Source: Octopus vulgaris (lineage: Eukaryota). From it: a DNA stretch of 64,000 nt. How positions within the stretch are numbered: the stretch's first letter is position 1; each line of letters opens with the position of its first letter. The notes under the pieces were generated by a model that did not search any database, was not told the DNA's origin, and was given only the letters and a program-made list of their open reading frames with translations. Location: the NCBI GenBank assembly GCA_951406725.2, contig OX597825.1:39494001-39558000 (forward strand), in the 5' to 3' direction. Positions 27,273-50,795 of this stretch are shown one piece after another. A program made the translations under genes and the position numbers.

Positions 27273-29312
27273 AGACGAAGAGCGCGATTCGAGTGTAATA
27301 GATATTTTATTCCTTGAAAGTTATTTCGATAGCAAGTCTGTCTTTGTCGAGTTCAGATTAAGTGAGAAGGATTCAAAATTTTATTTTTTAAAAATTTAAT
27401 GTATGAATGAGAGCAACCAGACTCCACACGTTTATGGAATGACATCCTCAGTCTTTAAGTTTCAATTTTATAACAGGCGAAAAGAAGACAGAACAAAGAA
27501 AGGAAGAAAGAGAAAGAAAAAGGAAAAAAAGAAAAGGAATGAAAAGAAGAAGAATATTTAATCAAACAGTTTTGTATAAATTTGATGATATTTTCCTGTC
27601 ATTTTATTCATTCCTCCAGGGCGTGATGTTAATAACCCACAAGCATATTTCTCCTCATACTTTCTGAGAAGTGAAAGTGAAGCAGAATATTTTCTGAGAA
27701 TATGCACTTTCAAAACTTCTTCAAAATTGCAGCCCTTTGAAGTAAAATGTTCGTCAAGTTCTGTCGAACTGCTGATATTGTGCCTAACGTCATACCTCTG
27801 CCTATTAAATCTTTTGTTTAATTGTTCTGTTCTACAACCAGCATAAGTCGAGTTGTGTTTCGTGCATTCTGCTGTGTACATCAAATGGGAAGCTCTATAT
27901 GCCACATCTTTATAAGACATAACATTTCTGTTATGATTCCTGATGGAATTCACTTGACCCATGTTGTTGCACAATGGAGAGGGCTTACTTCCCTTGCAGC
28001 TGTTTTTCAAGGTACAGCACGCAGATATTCCGATGTTCGTTTTCTTGGAATCAGAAATAGGTATCAATAATTCTCTCATATTCTTATTCCGTTTGAAGGC
28101 TGCATTAGGCAACTGAGGAAATATATTTTGAAACGAAGTTGTTTTTTCACTACATGCTGGTAACTTTCATGCAGTACTTTTAAAATCCCAGCAAACTTTC
28201 GGTACCATTTAATCACTAATGGAATTCTGTCATCTATTGTATCATGTTTGCTAAAATTATTTTAGACAAAAATTCAAATGTATCCCGTATATAGGAACTT
28301 GGTCTTTTTGCGATAGGATGTAGAAAGCCATCCAGCCATTCCGAAATCTCGGCTGTACAACATTCATATCTGCTGCAAATTGGAGGAAATCTCTCGAGTT
28401 TTTTGTGTATTTTATGGAAACCATAAAGTTTTTCTTTCTGAACGTAAAATCCTGGATCCGATTATACACAAATTGATTTCCTCCATTTCCAGAATTATTT
28501 TGTCAAGTTCTTCTAGGTAAGTGAGGTTTGGATGAGCAGGTAGTTCTTCATATGAAAATTTGTGATTTTAAACTCATTCACAAGCCGAAATATACTAACT
28601 TTTGTCTGTAATTACGATAACGCCTCCCTTATCCGCCATTTTCATAACAACATAATCTTTATTAACTAAATTTTGGAATACGTAAAGTTGGGAATGTGTG
28701 CGGTTGGTTATTCTAGGACTTCTTTCCACTTGTTCTAAGGTTTTCTCTAATGCCTGTCTGACAAGATTCAAGAAATACTAGCAGTGCTTAATAACGTCCA
28801 TCCAAAAATTTATCTGGATACCAATTGGGATTCTTTTCAATTCAATTATGCCAGATTCGATCATCCTCATTTTGTTTTGTGGGCCAATGATTTCGGAGTT
28901 GTTTATGTTTATGACAGTTTGAACTTACTAGTTTCAGAGGAGAAATATGTTATATGCCCTGGAGGAATGAATATAATAGCAGCAGAATATCATCAAATTT
29001 ATACAAAAGTGTTTGATTAAAATTTCTTCTTCCTGGTTCCTTTTCTTTTTTCCTTTCCTCTTTCTTTCTGACATTTTTCTAGTTTTTTTCTATCTTTTGT
29101 TTGTTTTCGCTTGTTATAAAATTGAAACTTAAAAACTGATAATGTCAACCATGAACATTTGGAGGCTGGTTGCTCTCGTTCATGTATTAAATTTAAATTC
29201 CATTATTTTGAATTCTTATTACTTCTTTTTTTGAACTTGACAAAGACTGAATTACTGTCGAAATATCGTTCGACCAATAAAATATCTATTACAATCGAAT
29301 CGCGCTCTTCGT
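27273..29312 (-). mobile_element. Penelope-like element relic (GIY-YIG endonuclease + RT fragments) bounded by inverted pLTRs
   Basis: ORF 27558-28112 has a Cys-rich linker and YTAEC...YAGCRTEQLNKRF..EHF..YEEKY..PGGMN. KMADKGGVIVI (DKG motif) at ~28610-28645. 27273-27623 is inverted at 28956-29312. Confidence 0.85.
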
Positions 29313-29360
29313 TTTAACTGTTTACCATTAAGAGGAGTAACGGCAATAATAATAATAATG

Positions 29361-29418
<58 letters not shown>

Positions 29419-29419
29419 C

Positions 29420-32736
<3,317 letters not shown>

Positions 32737-32756
32737 AATAATAATAATGATAATAA

Positions 32757-32787
<31 letters not shown>

Positions 32788-32792
32788 AATAA

Positions 32793-32890
<98 letters not shown>

Positions 32891-32960
32891 TAATAATAAC
32901 AATAATAATAACAATAATAATAACAATAATAATAACAATAATAATAACAATAATAATAAC

Positions 32961-34089
<1,129 letters not shown>

Positions 34090-34109
34090 AATAATAATAA
34101 TGATAATAA

Positions 34110-34247
<138 letters not shown>

Positions 34248-34317
34248 TAATAATAACAATAATAATAACAATAATAATAACAATAATAATAACAATAATA
34301 ATAACAATAATAATAAC

Positions 34318-37034
<2,717 letters not shown>

Positions 37035-37590
37035 GCCCTGATGCAGTACCAGGCAGTGGCTCTCATGGCTTCTGATCTTAACTGATTGGAAGTGTTATCA
37101 TGTACATTGTTTTGTCTTGGTATAAAAGATGGGCTACAGCAAATATTCTGCTCAATACCACAGATTTGCTTGTCAGTTGTTTGACCTTAACCAGTTGAGC
37201 ATGTCCCTTAGTGGCTGACGATATGTGCATCTCTGATCACTGGCAGAAGTAGTGGGGGAGCATCATAGCCATGTGTTAAGAGGGATTCTTTGGGGTTTGA
37301 ATAGTTCACCTCTGGAAACATGGGTGGTTCTTTCAACATCCTTAAACAACCCTTATTCAGGGACCGTTTGAGCGGGATGGGCTACTCAACCTGAAGAAAA
37401 TTCTAACTGGGCCCCACCTGCAAGGTCATGTGCTGTTTATCTTGATATGAGATCACCATGTCGCGCACATATGGTTGTGATGCATGTGCCTGGTGTACCT
37501 TTATCAGAGGCGGGTAGTCATGATGGGTATATTGGGCTTCGTATATTTTACCCCAGTGTCACTTTGATGGCATGAACTGCTCTCTCACTC
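37035..37590. mobile_element. 556 bp element, copy 4 (diverged variant, same termini)
   Basis: Collinear with copy 1 but with many substitutions (e.g. cagtaccaggcagtgg vs cagtacttgacagtgg). Confidence 0.85.
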
Positions 37591-40339
<2,749 letters not shown>

Positions 40340-40359
40340 AATAATAATAATGATAATAA

Positions 40360-40597
<238 letters not shown>

Positions 40598-42326
40598 CTG
40601 ATATGCTAAATAGAACTTGATGCGGATATAAATGTTACGGCAAAACGATCAGCCACCTTTTATATATGGATGACCTAAAACTATACGCTGCAAATGACAA
40701 ACAGCTGGAAACACTATTAAAGACAGTTCATGGATTTACCAAAGAAATAGATATGAAATTTGGATTAGAAAAATGCGACAAAGTAACCATGAACCATGAA
40801 AAGAGGAAAACTAGTTAAGAGTAACAACATCACACTAGATAAAACCAATGAAATAAAAGAATTAGACCAATGCCAAACTTACAAATACTTAAGAATCCAT
40901 GAACAAGATAAGACACAACACACACAAATGAAAGAGAAAATAAAAAAAGAATATTATAGACGAGTTAGATCAATACTAAAAACAGAGCTCAATGCTAAAA
41001 ACAAGATAATAGGTACCAACACTTTAGCTGTCCCAGTTATAAGTTACAGCTACCATATCCTTAACTGGACACGAAATGAAATGACCAAAATAGATAGGAA
41101 AACAAGAAAAATACTGACAGGATCTAGGATGCATCACCCAAAATCTGACATAGAAATATTATATATACAACGTATAGAATTGGTAGAGGCCTTATACAGC
41201 TGGAAACCTACTATAAAATAACCACCATAGGACTGCAAAAAAATCTACTTCAGAAGGAAGGAAAACTGATCCAGATAGTGGCAAAACACGAGCAAAACAA
41301 AAAACTGTTCTCAGTATTTAAGGAAGCTAACAAATACAAACAAGAAATCATACCACCTAATAAACATGAAGAAGAAGAAGAGGAAGATGAAGAAACAACA
41401 AAAGCTATAAAACAAATGAAATCCAAACTAAAAATAGAACAGCAACGAACCATGATAAAACGATGGCAAGAAAATCCCCTTCATGGTAAATACTGGACTA
41501 AACTAAACGCAAAAGAAATAGACAAAGAAAAATCCCAGCAATGATTGAGAAGCTCAGGACTCAAAGCAGAAACAGAGGGATTTTCAATTGCATCACAAGA
41601 CCAAAGCCTCCCCACCAGAACTTACCAAAAACATGTAATGAAAAGAAATATTACAAGTAACTGCAGAATATGTGGAGATGGACAAGAAACAATAAATCAT
41701 ATTATCTCTAGCTGCCCAGTCCTGGCTAAGAAGGAATATATTCACAGACATGACAGAGTTGGAACCTACATACATTGGAAGCTATGCCAACATTATGGAA
41801 TAACAACAGAAAAAAGATGGTATAGGCACACACCAGAAAAGGTCACAGAAAACGAGAAAGCAACCATACTCTGGGATATGCCGATACACACAGATAGAGA
41901 AATTAAGGCCAACAGACCAGATATAGTTGTCAGAGATCACGAAGAAAAAAAAATGCTTTCTAATTGATGTATCAATACCGGCTGGTGACAACGTGTCTAT
42001 AAAAGAAATGGAGAAACTCTCAAAATACAAAGACCTGGAAATAGAGGTAACCAGAATGTGGAATCTGAAAACAGAAACAATTCCTATCATAGTAGGTGCA
42101 TTAGGCATGATAAAAAAATATTCAGACAAATACATAACAAAAACACCAGGACTTACAAACACATATAACATACAGAAAATTGCACTACTAGGCACTGCAC
42201 ACATCCTACGCAGAACACTTTCCATACAATAACCATCAGAGCATCACAACAAATCACAGCACATACCCAAGGCACACAGAGCTGCGCTCGGTAGTGAAGT
42301 GAAAGCACGCTATAAAAATAAAACTA
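40598..42326 (+). mobile_element. R4/Dong-clade RLE retrotransposon, 5'-truncated copy B
   Basis: Starts just upstream of HLLYMDDLKLY. Has CCHC, RHD and RPDIVV..IDVSIP..KLSKYKDL. Stops and frameshifts present. AAT on both sides. Confidence 0.94.
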
Positions 42327-42339
42327 ATGAATAATAATG

Positions 42340-42422
<83 letters not shown>

Positions 42423-42431
42423 CTAATAATA

Positions 42432-42596
42432 AACTGGACTAAACTAAACGCAAAAGAAATAGACAAAGAAAAAACCCAGCAATGGTTGAGAAGCTCAGGA
42501 CTCAAAGCAGAAACAGAGCGATTTTTAATTGCAGCACAAGACCAAAGCCTCCCCACCAGAAATTACCAAAAACATGTAATGAAAAGAAATATTACA
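42432..42596 (+). mobile_element. R4/Dong internal fragment C (no 3' end)
   Basis: WTKLNAKEIDKEK..AAQDQSLPTRNYQKHVMKRNIT, following an AAT tract. Confidence 0.9.
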
Positions 42597-42789
42597 CGGT
42601 AATATAACCATGAATAGCATGACATGGTTGATTTATTATTGACACTCCCAAAAAAGGTAAACTTCTACACGTGACAAGGAAATTATATTCTGTTATCAGT
42701 AGGATAAATACTAAGAATATAGGAGACTCTAATTTATTGATGTATACAGGATGGGTAGTAATTAATAGAAAACTAGATATTTCACAAGG

Positions 42790-44332
42790 AACGATTAGAA
42801 AGGAGCAACTGTAGAAAAGGAGGCCTCAAAAGAAAGTGAAGTCTTTTAGACAAGATCTAAGTAAAATAGATGCCTGAAAATTGCACAAGTTGGGAAAATA
42901 AGATGCAAATCTCCCCTTAAGAAAAGATTTTTAGTCAGAGAGAAGGGATGTGGGAGAGTCATAGAAGATCTATCAAAACAAGGAACACAGCAGCGGAATA
43001 ACTCTGGACCTCTATAACAACCTATTCGATTCTATGCTGTGAAACGATTAGAAAACGACAGTATTCCCACACAATCCTTCTTAGCAGGAGCATATTCAAC
43101 ACCAAGTTAAGCTACTTAGGTCTGACTTAGAACGTTTGAAAAACCATAAGTTTGACAAGTCTACCAAACCTACAAAACCTGAAAATTAAAGAAAAGCTAT
43201 AAATTGAAAACCATACTTGACATTGATTCCACAATAGAAACCCTCAAGCAAAATGTATGTGTTAAAGATGTCCGCATAGCAAGGTAGGAAAAGCGCGTTA
43301 GATTCTTCAAGGACAACGTGTTCAAAAAAACCACAAACATTTTTACAGGAAGATAGGGAAAACACCAGTTACTGTAAAGTCTGTACCCCCAAAAGAAGTG
43401 CAGGGTTTTAGGAATAAAATTGAGTCATAGGAATAAACACACAATGGAAAGGCCCCATGGATTGATAGAATATCTACAGACTTAGATTCCTTAGAGGAGC
43501 AAATGTTGGAGGGTTTCAACGTAGAAGATATAATATCTGCACTCAGGAGGTCAAGCAAATGGAAGTCTCCAGTAAAGGATAAAATTCCTAACATCTGGTT
43601 CCTTCCAAGGGAGCCATGAACTGCTAACATAACTTCACGACGGTGTTTTGCAACATCCTAGTATGATGCCCTCTTTGCTAGTTAATAGTTTAGCATTCCT
43701 ACTTCCAAAAAATGAAGAAACATATGAACCAAAAAATTATAGACCCAAAACCTGCCTAACAACAATGTATAAAACGCCAACATCTGTCCTGACTGAATAT
43801 ATTTATAGTATTTTATTAGAAAGTAGGATATACCCTAATGAGGAAAGTGAATGTAAACAGGGGTCCTATGGTTGGAAAGATCAGCTACTCATCAATAAGA
43901 TAATCATAGAAGATTGTCACAAACGACACAAAAACTTGTCAATGACCTGGATAGACCATAAGAAAGCTTTTGATAGCCTACAACATACCTGGATAAAAAC
44001 AAGTCTCGAATTGTATAAAATAGCGCTTTGGAGATCTGAGAATTGAGATCGCTAAAAATGTGACAGCTACGAGAGTCAAATATAAAGATTGTGCCTTTTG
44101 TAATCGGAGCATTGAGTTCAATACCACCAAATATTGAAAAACATCTGCAAGCGTTAGAAATACACAAAACTCTAGACGTATTGCAAAACTCGGCACTACT
44201 AGAACTGCGCTCATATTGCGTAAATGCAGTATACCTGAGGTGCATGTTGCGACTTCAGAGACAGTACAAATCACCGGTAGACACAATATCTTCAATCAAC
44301 AACATCACGATATTGGATACTGTGTGACGTCT

Positions 44333-44333
<1 letters not shown>
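42790..44333 (+). mobile_element. Older, distinct R4-clade family relic with large internal deletion
   Basis: PKNYRPKTCLTTMYK, DQLLINK and WIDHKKAFDS join directly to the C-terminal VPFVIGALSSIP..LQNSALL. Followed by (AAT)n. Confidence 0.8.
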
Positions 44334-44411
<78 letters not shown>

Positions 44412-44429
44412 CAACAATAATAATAATAA

Positions 44430-44483
<54 letters not shown>

Positions 44484-44504
44484 CAACAACAATAATAATA
44501 ATAA

Positions 44505-44594
<90 letters not shown>

Positions 44595-44599
44595 TAATA

Positions 44600-47374
44600 A
44601 ACTCAAACCCATCCAAACAGGAGTACCACCACCCAAACAAACCCTGTGGATAAATAACATCCAAAACAAAATACAAAAAATGAGAAAAGATCTGTCGATT
44701 CTTAATGAAATCAACAAACAAGCAACGCTACTGAGCAACAAAAAGAAAACAAAAATACTCCACAAATATAACATCACAGAGAAAGATTTACCTGAACAAA
44801 ACAAAAAGTTCAACTCCGACCCCAAAAAGTTCTACCAAGAACTTGGCAAAAATAAAATAGAAGTTACTGCAGCACCAACGGCAGAAGAATTGGAAGAATT
44901 CTGGAGAGAAATATGGTCGGCGAACGAACAACCAAAAAAAAAGGAGTATCAGAATAACAAACTCGGCATCTGAACAACTTTGGACACCCATAACAACTGA
45001 AGAGGTCACCCAGGCACTGCAAAGACTCAGCAATTAGAAGGCACCTGGGCATGACAAGATCCCCAACTTCTGGTTGAAATATCTAACAGGAATGCACAAA
45101 AAGCTGGTGGTAAACTTTAACAACATACTAGCAGTGCCAGAGACAATGCCTGAATGGCTCACGAAGGGGAAAACCATCTTAATTCCCAAATCAAATGAGA
45201 CAGACAAAACCAGAAAAATACAGACCAATAACCTGCCTCCCAACAATGTTCAAGGCATTTACTGCAGTGATATCGCAAAGGTTGAACAAGCACCTGGACG
45301 AAAACAAACTGTTCCCAGAAGAGCAGAAAGGACGCCGCAAATGCTCATATGGCTGTAAAGATCAACTAATGATTAATAAAGCCATAACTGAAGACAGCCA
45401 CAAAAAGAAGAAAGGCCTCAGTATGGCCTGGATTGACTACAAAAAGGCGTTTGATAGCATCCCCCACACATGGATCCTCGAAACACTAGCCATTAACAAA
45501 GTAGCACCAACAATCATAACATTCATAGAGCACTCTATGAATAAATGGCAAACAGTCCTACACCTCCAAACAAAAGAGGGACTCATGAAAACCAAAGACA
45601 TCCCCATTAGAAGAGGAATATTCCAGGGAGACACGCTCTCTCCACTCCTTTTCTGCTTGGCACTGTCACCTCTATCTGATGTACTAAATAGAACTGGATG
45701 CGGATATAAATGTTACGGCAAAACGATCAGCCACCTTTTATATATGGATGACCTAAAACTATACGCTGCAAATGACACACAGCTGGACACACTATTAAAG
45801 ACAGTTCGTGGATTTACCAAAGAAATAGATATGAAATTTGGATTATAAAATGCGCCAAAGTAAGCATGAAAAGAGGAAAACTAGTTAAGAGTAGCAACAT
45901 CACCCTAGATAAAACCAATGAAATAAAAGAATTAGACCAAAGCCAAACTTACAAATACTTAGGAATCCGTGAACTAGATAAGACACAACACACACAAATG
46001 AAAGAGAAAATAAAAAAAGAATATTATAGACGAGTTAGATCAATACTAAAAACAGAACTCAATGCTAAACACAAGACAATAGGTATTAACACTTTAGCTG
46101 TCCCAGTTACAAGTTACAGCTACAATATCCTTAACATGACACGAAATGAAATGACCAAAATAGATAGGAAAACAAGAAAAATAATGACAGGATCTAGGAT
46201 GCATCACCCAAAATCTGACATAGAAACACTATATATACAACGAATAGAAGGTGGTAGAGGCCTTATACAACTGGAAAACTACTATAAAATAACCACCATA
46301 GGACTGCAAATATATCTACTTCAGAAGGAAGGAAAACTGATAGAAATAGCGGCAAAACACGAGCAAAACAAAAAACTGTTCTCAGTATTTAAGGAAGCTG
46401 ACAAATACAAACAAAAAATCATACCACCTAATAAATATGAAGAAGAAGAAGAAGAAAATGAAGAAGCAACAAAAGCTATAAAACAAATGAAATCCAAACT
46501 AAAAATAGAACAGCAACGAACCATGATAAAACGGTGGCAAGAAAAGCCCCTTCATGGTAAATACTGGACTAAACTAAACGCAAAAGAAATAGACAAAGAA
46601 AAATCCCAGCAATGTTTGAGAAGCTCAGGACTCAAAGCAGAAACAGAGGGATTTTTAATTGCATCACAAGACCAAAGCCTCCCCACCAGAAATTACCAAA
46701 AACATGTAATGAAAAGAAATATTACAAGTATCTGCAGAATATGTGGAGATGGACAAGAAACAATAAATCATATTATCTCTAGCTGCCCAGTCCTGGCTAA
46801 GAAGGAATATATTCACAGACATGGCAGAGTTGGAACCTACATACATTGGAAACTATGCCAACATTATGGAATAACAACAGAAAAAAGATGGTATAGGCAC
46901 ACACCAGAAAAGGTCACAGAAAACGAGAAAGCAACCATACTCTGGGATATGCCGATACACACAGATAGAGAAATTAAGGCCAACAGGCCAGATATAGTTG
47001 TCAGAGATCATGTAGAAAAAAAATGGTTTCCAATTGATGTATCAATACCGGCAGATAACAACTTGTCTCTAAAAGAAATGGAGAAACTCTCAAAATGCAA
47101 AGACCTTGAAATAGAGGTAACCAGAATGTGGAATCTGAAAACAGAAACAATCCCTATCATAGTAGGTGCATTAGGCATGATAAAAAAGTATTCAGACAAA
47201 TACATAACAAAAACACCAGGACTTACAAACACATATAACATACAGAAAATTGCACTACTAGGCACTGCGCACATCCTATGCAGAACACTTTCCATACAAT
47301 AAACATCAGAGAATCACAACAAACCCAAGGCACATATCCAAGGCACACAGAGCTGCGCTATAAAAATAAAACTA

Positions 47375-47377
<3 letters not shown>
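44600..47377 (+). mobile_element. R4/Dong-clade RLE retrotransposon, longest copy D (RT + CCHC + RLE), inactivated
   Basis: YRPITCL, WIDYKKAFDS, RGIFQGDTLSPLLF, YMDDLKLY, GGRGL, CRIC..H....C, RPDIVV..IDVSIP. Frameshift near 45210 and TAA at 45846 where copy B has GAA. (AAT)n tail. Confidence 0.96.
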
Positions 47378-47442
<65 letters not shown>

Positions 47443-48124
47443 TAATTGTATTCCAGGCGATGCATTATTTTTACTAATATTATGGCACTATACAAAGACT
47501 ACAGGCAAATGAATTTATTCTTACAGCCGTTCATATGAAATGTACACAAAATGCAGATTTAATTAAACACAGCAAAGTATTTTAGCATTTGATAAAACCT
47601 TTTACATAGTTTAAGTGAATTGAACATGCTAGGTATAAATAATATTAAATTCAGTAACAGTTATATTCAAAAAGTCAATCGAAGATTAAAATTTGATATG
47701 GACAACGTTTTTAACTACATTGCGGACATGAACGAAAGTGAAACAGGTGAATTTGGAAAAAAAATCTGTAGCGTTGTTCATTTCAATACAAATCACTGTT
47801 TTAAATACCAATAAGCGTTACATTGTATAAAATCAGGTAACTAAGATCCTATGTTTCATTACTTTGTTATTATAAATTATATAATACATAAGTATTTAAT
47901 TATTGATTATCACTGCAACAACTATAAAATATTAAAAGTATGAACTGATATATTTAAACTAATATTAGTATTCAGAGATATAAATTCCAAACGAAGCATC
48001 ACGTTATTAGAAGGGAAGCTCTGTTAATATAGGAAATCATGTACCATAATTAGTAAAGTTACGACAGGCATTACGAATGAATCCTTATTTCATAACCACA
48101 ACCTTATGTATAGCAGTGTTGAAA

Positions 48125-49128
48125 ATACAATGCGCATTCCAGAAACTTTGTAACTTTTACAGGAAACATTCATTTTAAAGAAGTACAAAAAGTATGATCC
48201 GCTAACTTCAGTGCACTTGTTGTAGAGCTCCAGCACATTAGTGAAGTTTTAAAGTGCCGAAGGTCTTCTTCATATTCTGTGCAAGTTTGAGGAACAATCA
48301 AAATTTGAAAGGAGCAAGTTTTGGACTAAAGGAAGAGTGATGAATAGTTTGGATGCCCATCTCTATCAGGTACTTTGTTACCAGTATATAATCATGGACT
48401 GATGCATTGTCTTGGTGAAGGTAACCTGGACATTTATGACGTAATTGTCTCCTGAGCCTCATCAATTTTACCACTATATACATTTTTTACCGTATTCCCA
48501 GGACCAAGTGGATGCCGGTTATGCGCTTACTGTCAAACTCCATCATTACGAGGTTCACACTTGAAATTATTTGCCTAGCCTCTTGTGTCGGTAATAAACA
48601 TGCTCGGTTCACACACGATCATTCGTAAGCAGTCGGGAGCATTTCATTAGTTTCTTACCTTTCTGCACAATTTTACGCAAAACTTTATTGCATAGCGAGC
48701 ATCCACATTGTCTCCACGTCCATACATCATCCTGCAAACTAGTCAACTATGAAGGATGGTGTTTAATCGGTAGTTCTAAGTGATGTTCCAGTCGTCTCCT
48801 TCAATCTAAAATAATAGAAATCTTGGCAGGTCAGCTTCTTAGACACAATTCTGATTTACTAGAATTGCAACAATCTAGACCAGATATAATTGGTCTAGAT
48901 GCAAACATTCTAGACCAGTTATATCTTGCTCTTGAATGCAGTAGTATAACAAAAGTCATAAATAGATTTCTTTAGATTCCAAACGAAGATCGTGTGACAA
49001 TTTTAGGAATTGGCTTATCTGAGATAGGCAGAACACATAGTTAGGTCTAGACGAGCTCAATTGTTTTACTTTCAATTACAAAGGAAGGAAATCTCATGAT
49101 AAAATATTTCTGAAACTTTAATGCACTA
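48125..49128 (-). mobile_element. Decayed mariner element
   Basis: LHQDNASVH...IHHSSFSPKLAPF (HDNA and YSPDLAP-like motifs). Boundaries approximate. Confidence 0.75.
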
Positions 49129-49913
49129 AACTTTTATTAATAATAAATTGTGCTCCAATATGTTGCTGAATAACACTATTTCCACATAATTGCTTGTAAT
49201 GTGTCCGTTTATTGTTTTCAGCAAAATAATTTCTTATAGAATATATTAAATAGAAAACTACTTTGTCGTTTTCCGTAAAGAAGGCTTATTTTTCTATATT
49301 ATTCAATTCACCGTTTCTATCAGGATGTATATAATTATTCTTTCTGTCACTTTAATTCTTCTTCATATTTTACAATAAAATATGTAAACAAGGTAAGAAA
49401 GTAAATATAAAATTGTGAGAAAGTTTACAAATATATTATTCGAAAAATTGTTTGTTTCTGCATTATAAATTCAAACAATTTTGCGATATAGAAATTATTT
49501 TCAAGTCGGTAACAGAAAAGTGGCAAAATAAAGGAACACGAAAAGTAACAAGGTAAAGTGGATACAGAAAATGGAGAAGAATGATTGAATACTTACAAAG
49601 ATCCAAAGATTTTAGATTGCAGAAGGGAATCCATTCTTTTCATTTGGTGCACGTTTTCTATATTTCGCGCAATATTCAATCCATTATGAAACACACACAC
49701 ACAAAAAATCCGCTCATTCAAATTTTAAAACTGATATTTTGAATTTTTCTTGTCCACCTTAAATCTCTATTGTGTTTTGCACAATAAATGAACGTTTATC
49801 GGTTTTCTTCTTTATTTTAATGTTAATTTGCGTCTAATACTTTAACTTCAATACATACAATATTCTCAAATATATGGCAGGCTTTGCTAATTTTTCCATC
49901 GCAAAAATATACT

Positions 49914-50106
49914 GTATTTCATGTTTAAAGACGCAAACACTTCCACTAACGAATATATACATATGTATGCAAGTGTTCAACTAGGAATGCACATTTATTA
50001 AGAAAGTATTTCATGTTTAAAGACGCAAACACTTCCACTCACGAATATATAAATATGTATGCAAGTGTTCAACTAGGAATGCACATTTATTAAGAAAGTA
50101 TTTCAT
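49914..50106. repeat. 92 bp tandem duplication (2.1 copies)
   Basis: gtatttcatgtttaaagacgc... at 49914 and 50006, with gtatttcat again at 50098. Confidence 0.92.
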
Positions 50107-50391
50107 CTCAACGGTTTTCACAAACATATGAGCGTCTGAAGTAGTTTTATATATATATAGTTTGTCCATACTCTAGTTTCTATATATTTTTTTGCCCTAA
50201 GTAGATAGAATGAAATAATTTTTATCTTTGAAAGAATAAAGGAACGAAAATATGAAGTGAACGAATATATGCCAGCGACACTAAGATTCAAGAAAATGTG
50301 AAGCATATAATTCTGTGAAGTGGTTCAATTTGAAAATATTATATTTTTCATGTCATATTTAAAAAAAAATTCGACATTTATAATTTATTAT

Positions 50392-50795
50392 AGCGGTGGC
50401 TGTGTGGTAAGTAGCTTGCCTACCAACCACATGGTTCCGGGTTCAGTCCCACTTCGTGGCATCTTGGGCAACTGTCTTCTACTATAGCCTCGGGCCGACC
50501 AAAGCCTTGTGAGTGGATTTGGTAGACGGAAACTGAAGGAAGCCCGTCGTATATATGTATATATATATATATATATGTGTGTGCGTGTATGTTTGTGTGT
50601 CTGTGTTTGTCACTCGCATTGCTTGACAACCGATGCTGGTGTGTTTATGTCCCCGTCACTTAGCGGTTCGGCAAAAGAGACCGATAGAGTAAGTACTGGG
50701 CTTACAAAGAATAAGTTGCTCGACTAAAGGCGGTGCTCCAGCATGGCCGCAGTCAACTGACCGAAACAAGTAAAACAGTAAAAGAGTAAAGAGTA
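50392..50795 (+). mobile_element. tRNA-derived SINE with internal TA/TG tract
   Basis: TGGCTGTGTGG A-box-like, GGTTCAGTCCC B-box-like, cttgggcaactgtctt core-like segment, (gtaaa[a]ga) tail. Confidence 0.85.

Noticed and set aside
27310-27362. Hammerhead in the 27.3/29.2 kb pLTR arms
   Set aside because: The core is too degenerate (CTGAACTC) in both arms to call.
37211-37325. CTGACGA ... GAAAC inside the 559 bp element as a hammerhead
   Set aside because: I could not form stems I and II around the two motifs. I also could not fold an HDV-like ribozyme at the element start.
49590-49690. Possible minus-strand exon ending in GTAAGTA (MKRMDSLLQSKIFGS)
   Set aside because: No recognisable homology or partner exon. 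It needs RNA-seq, and host exons elsewhere in the window cannot be excluded.
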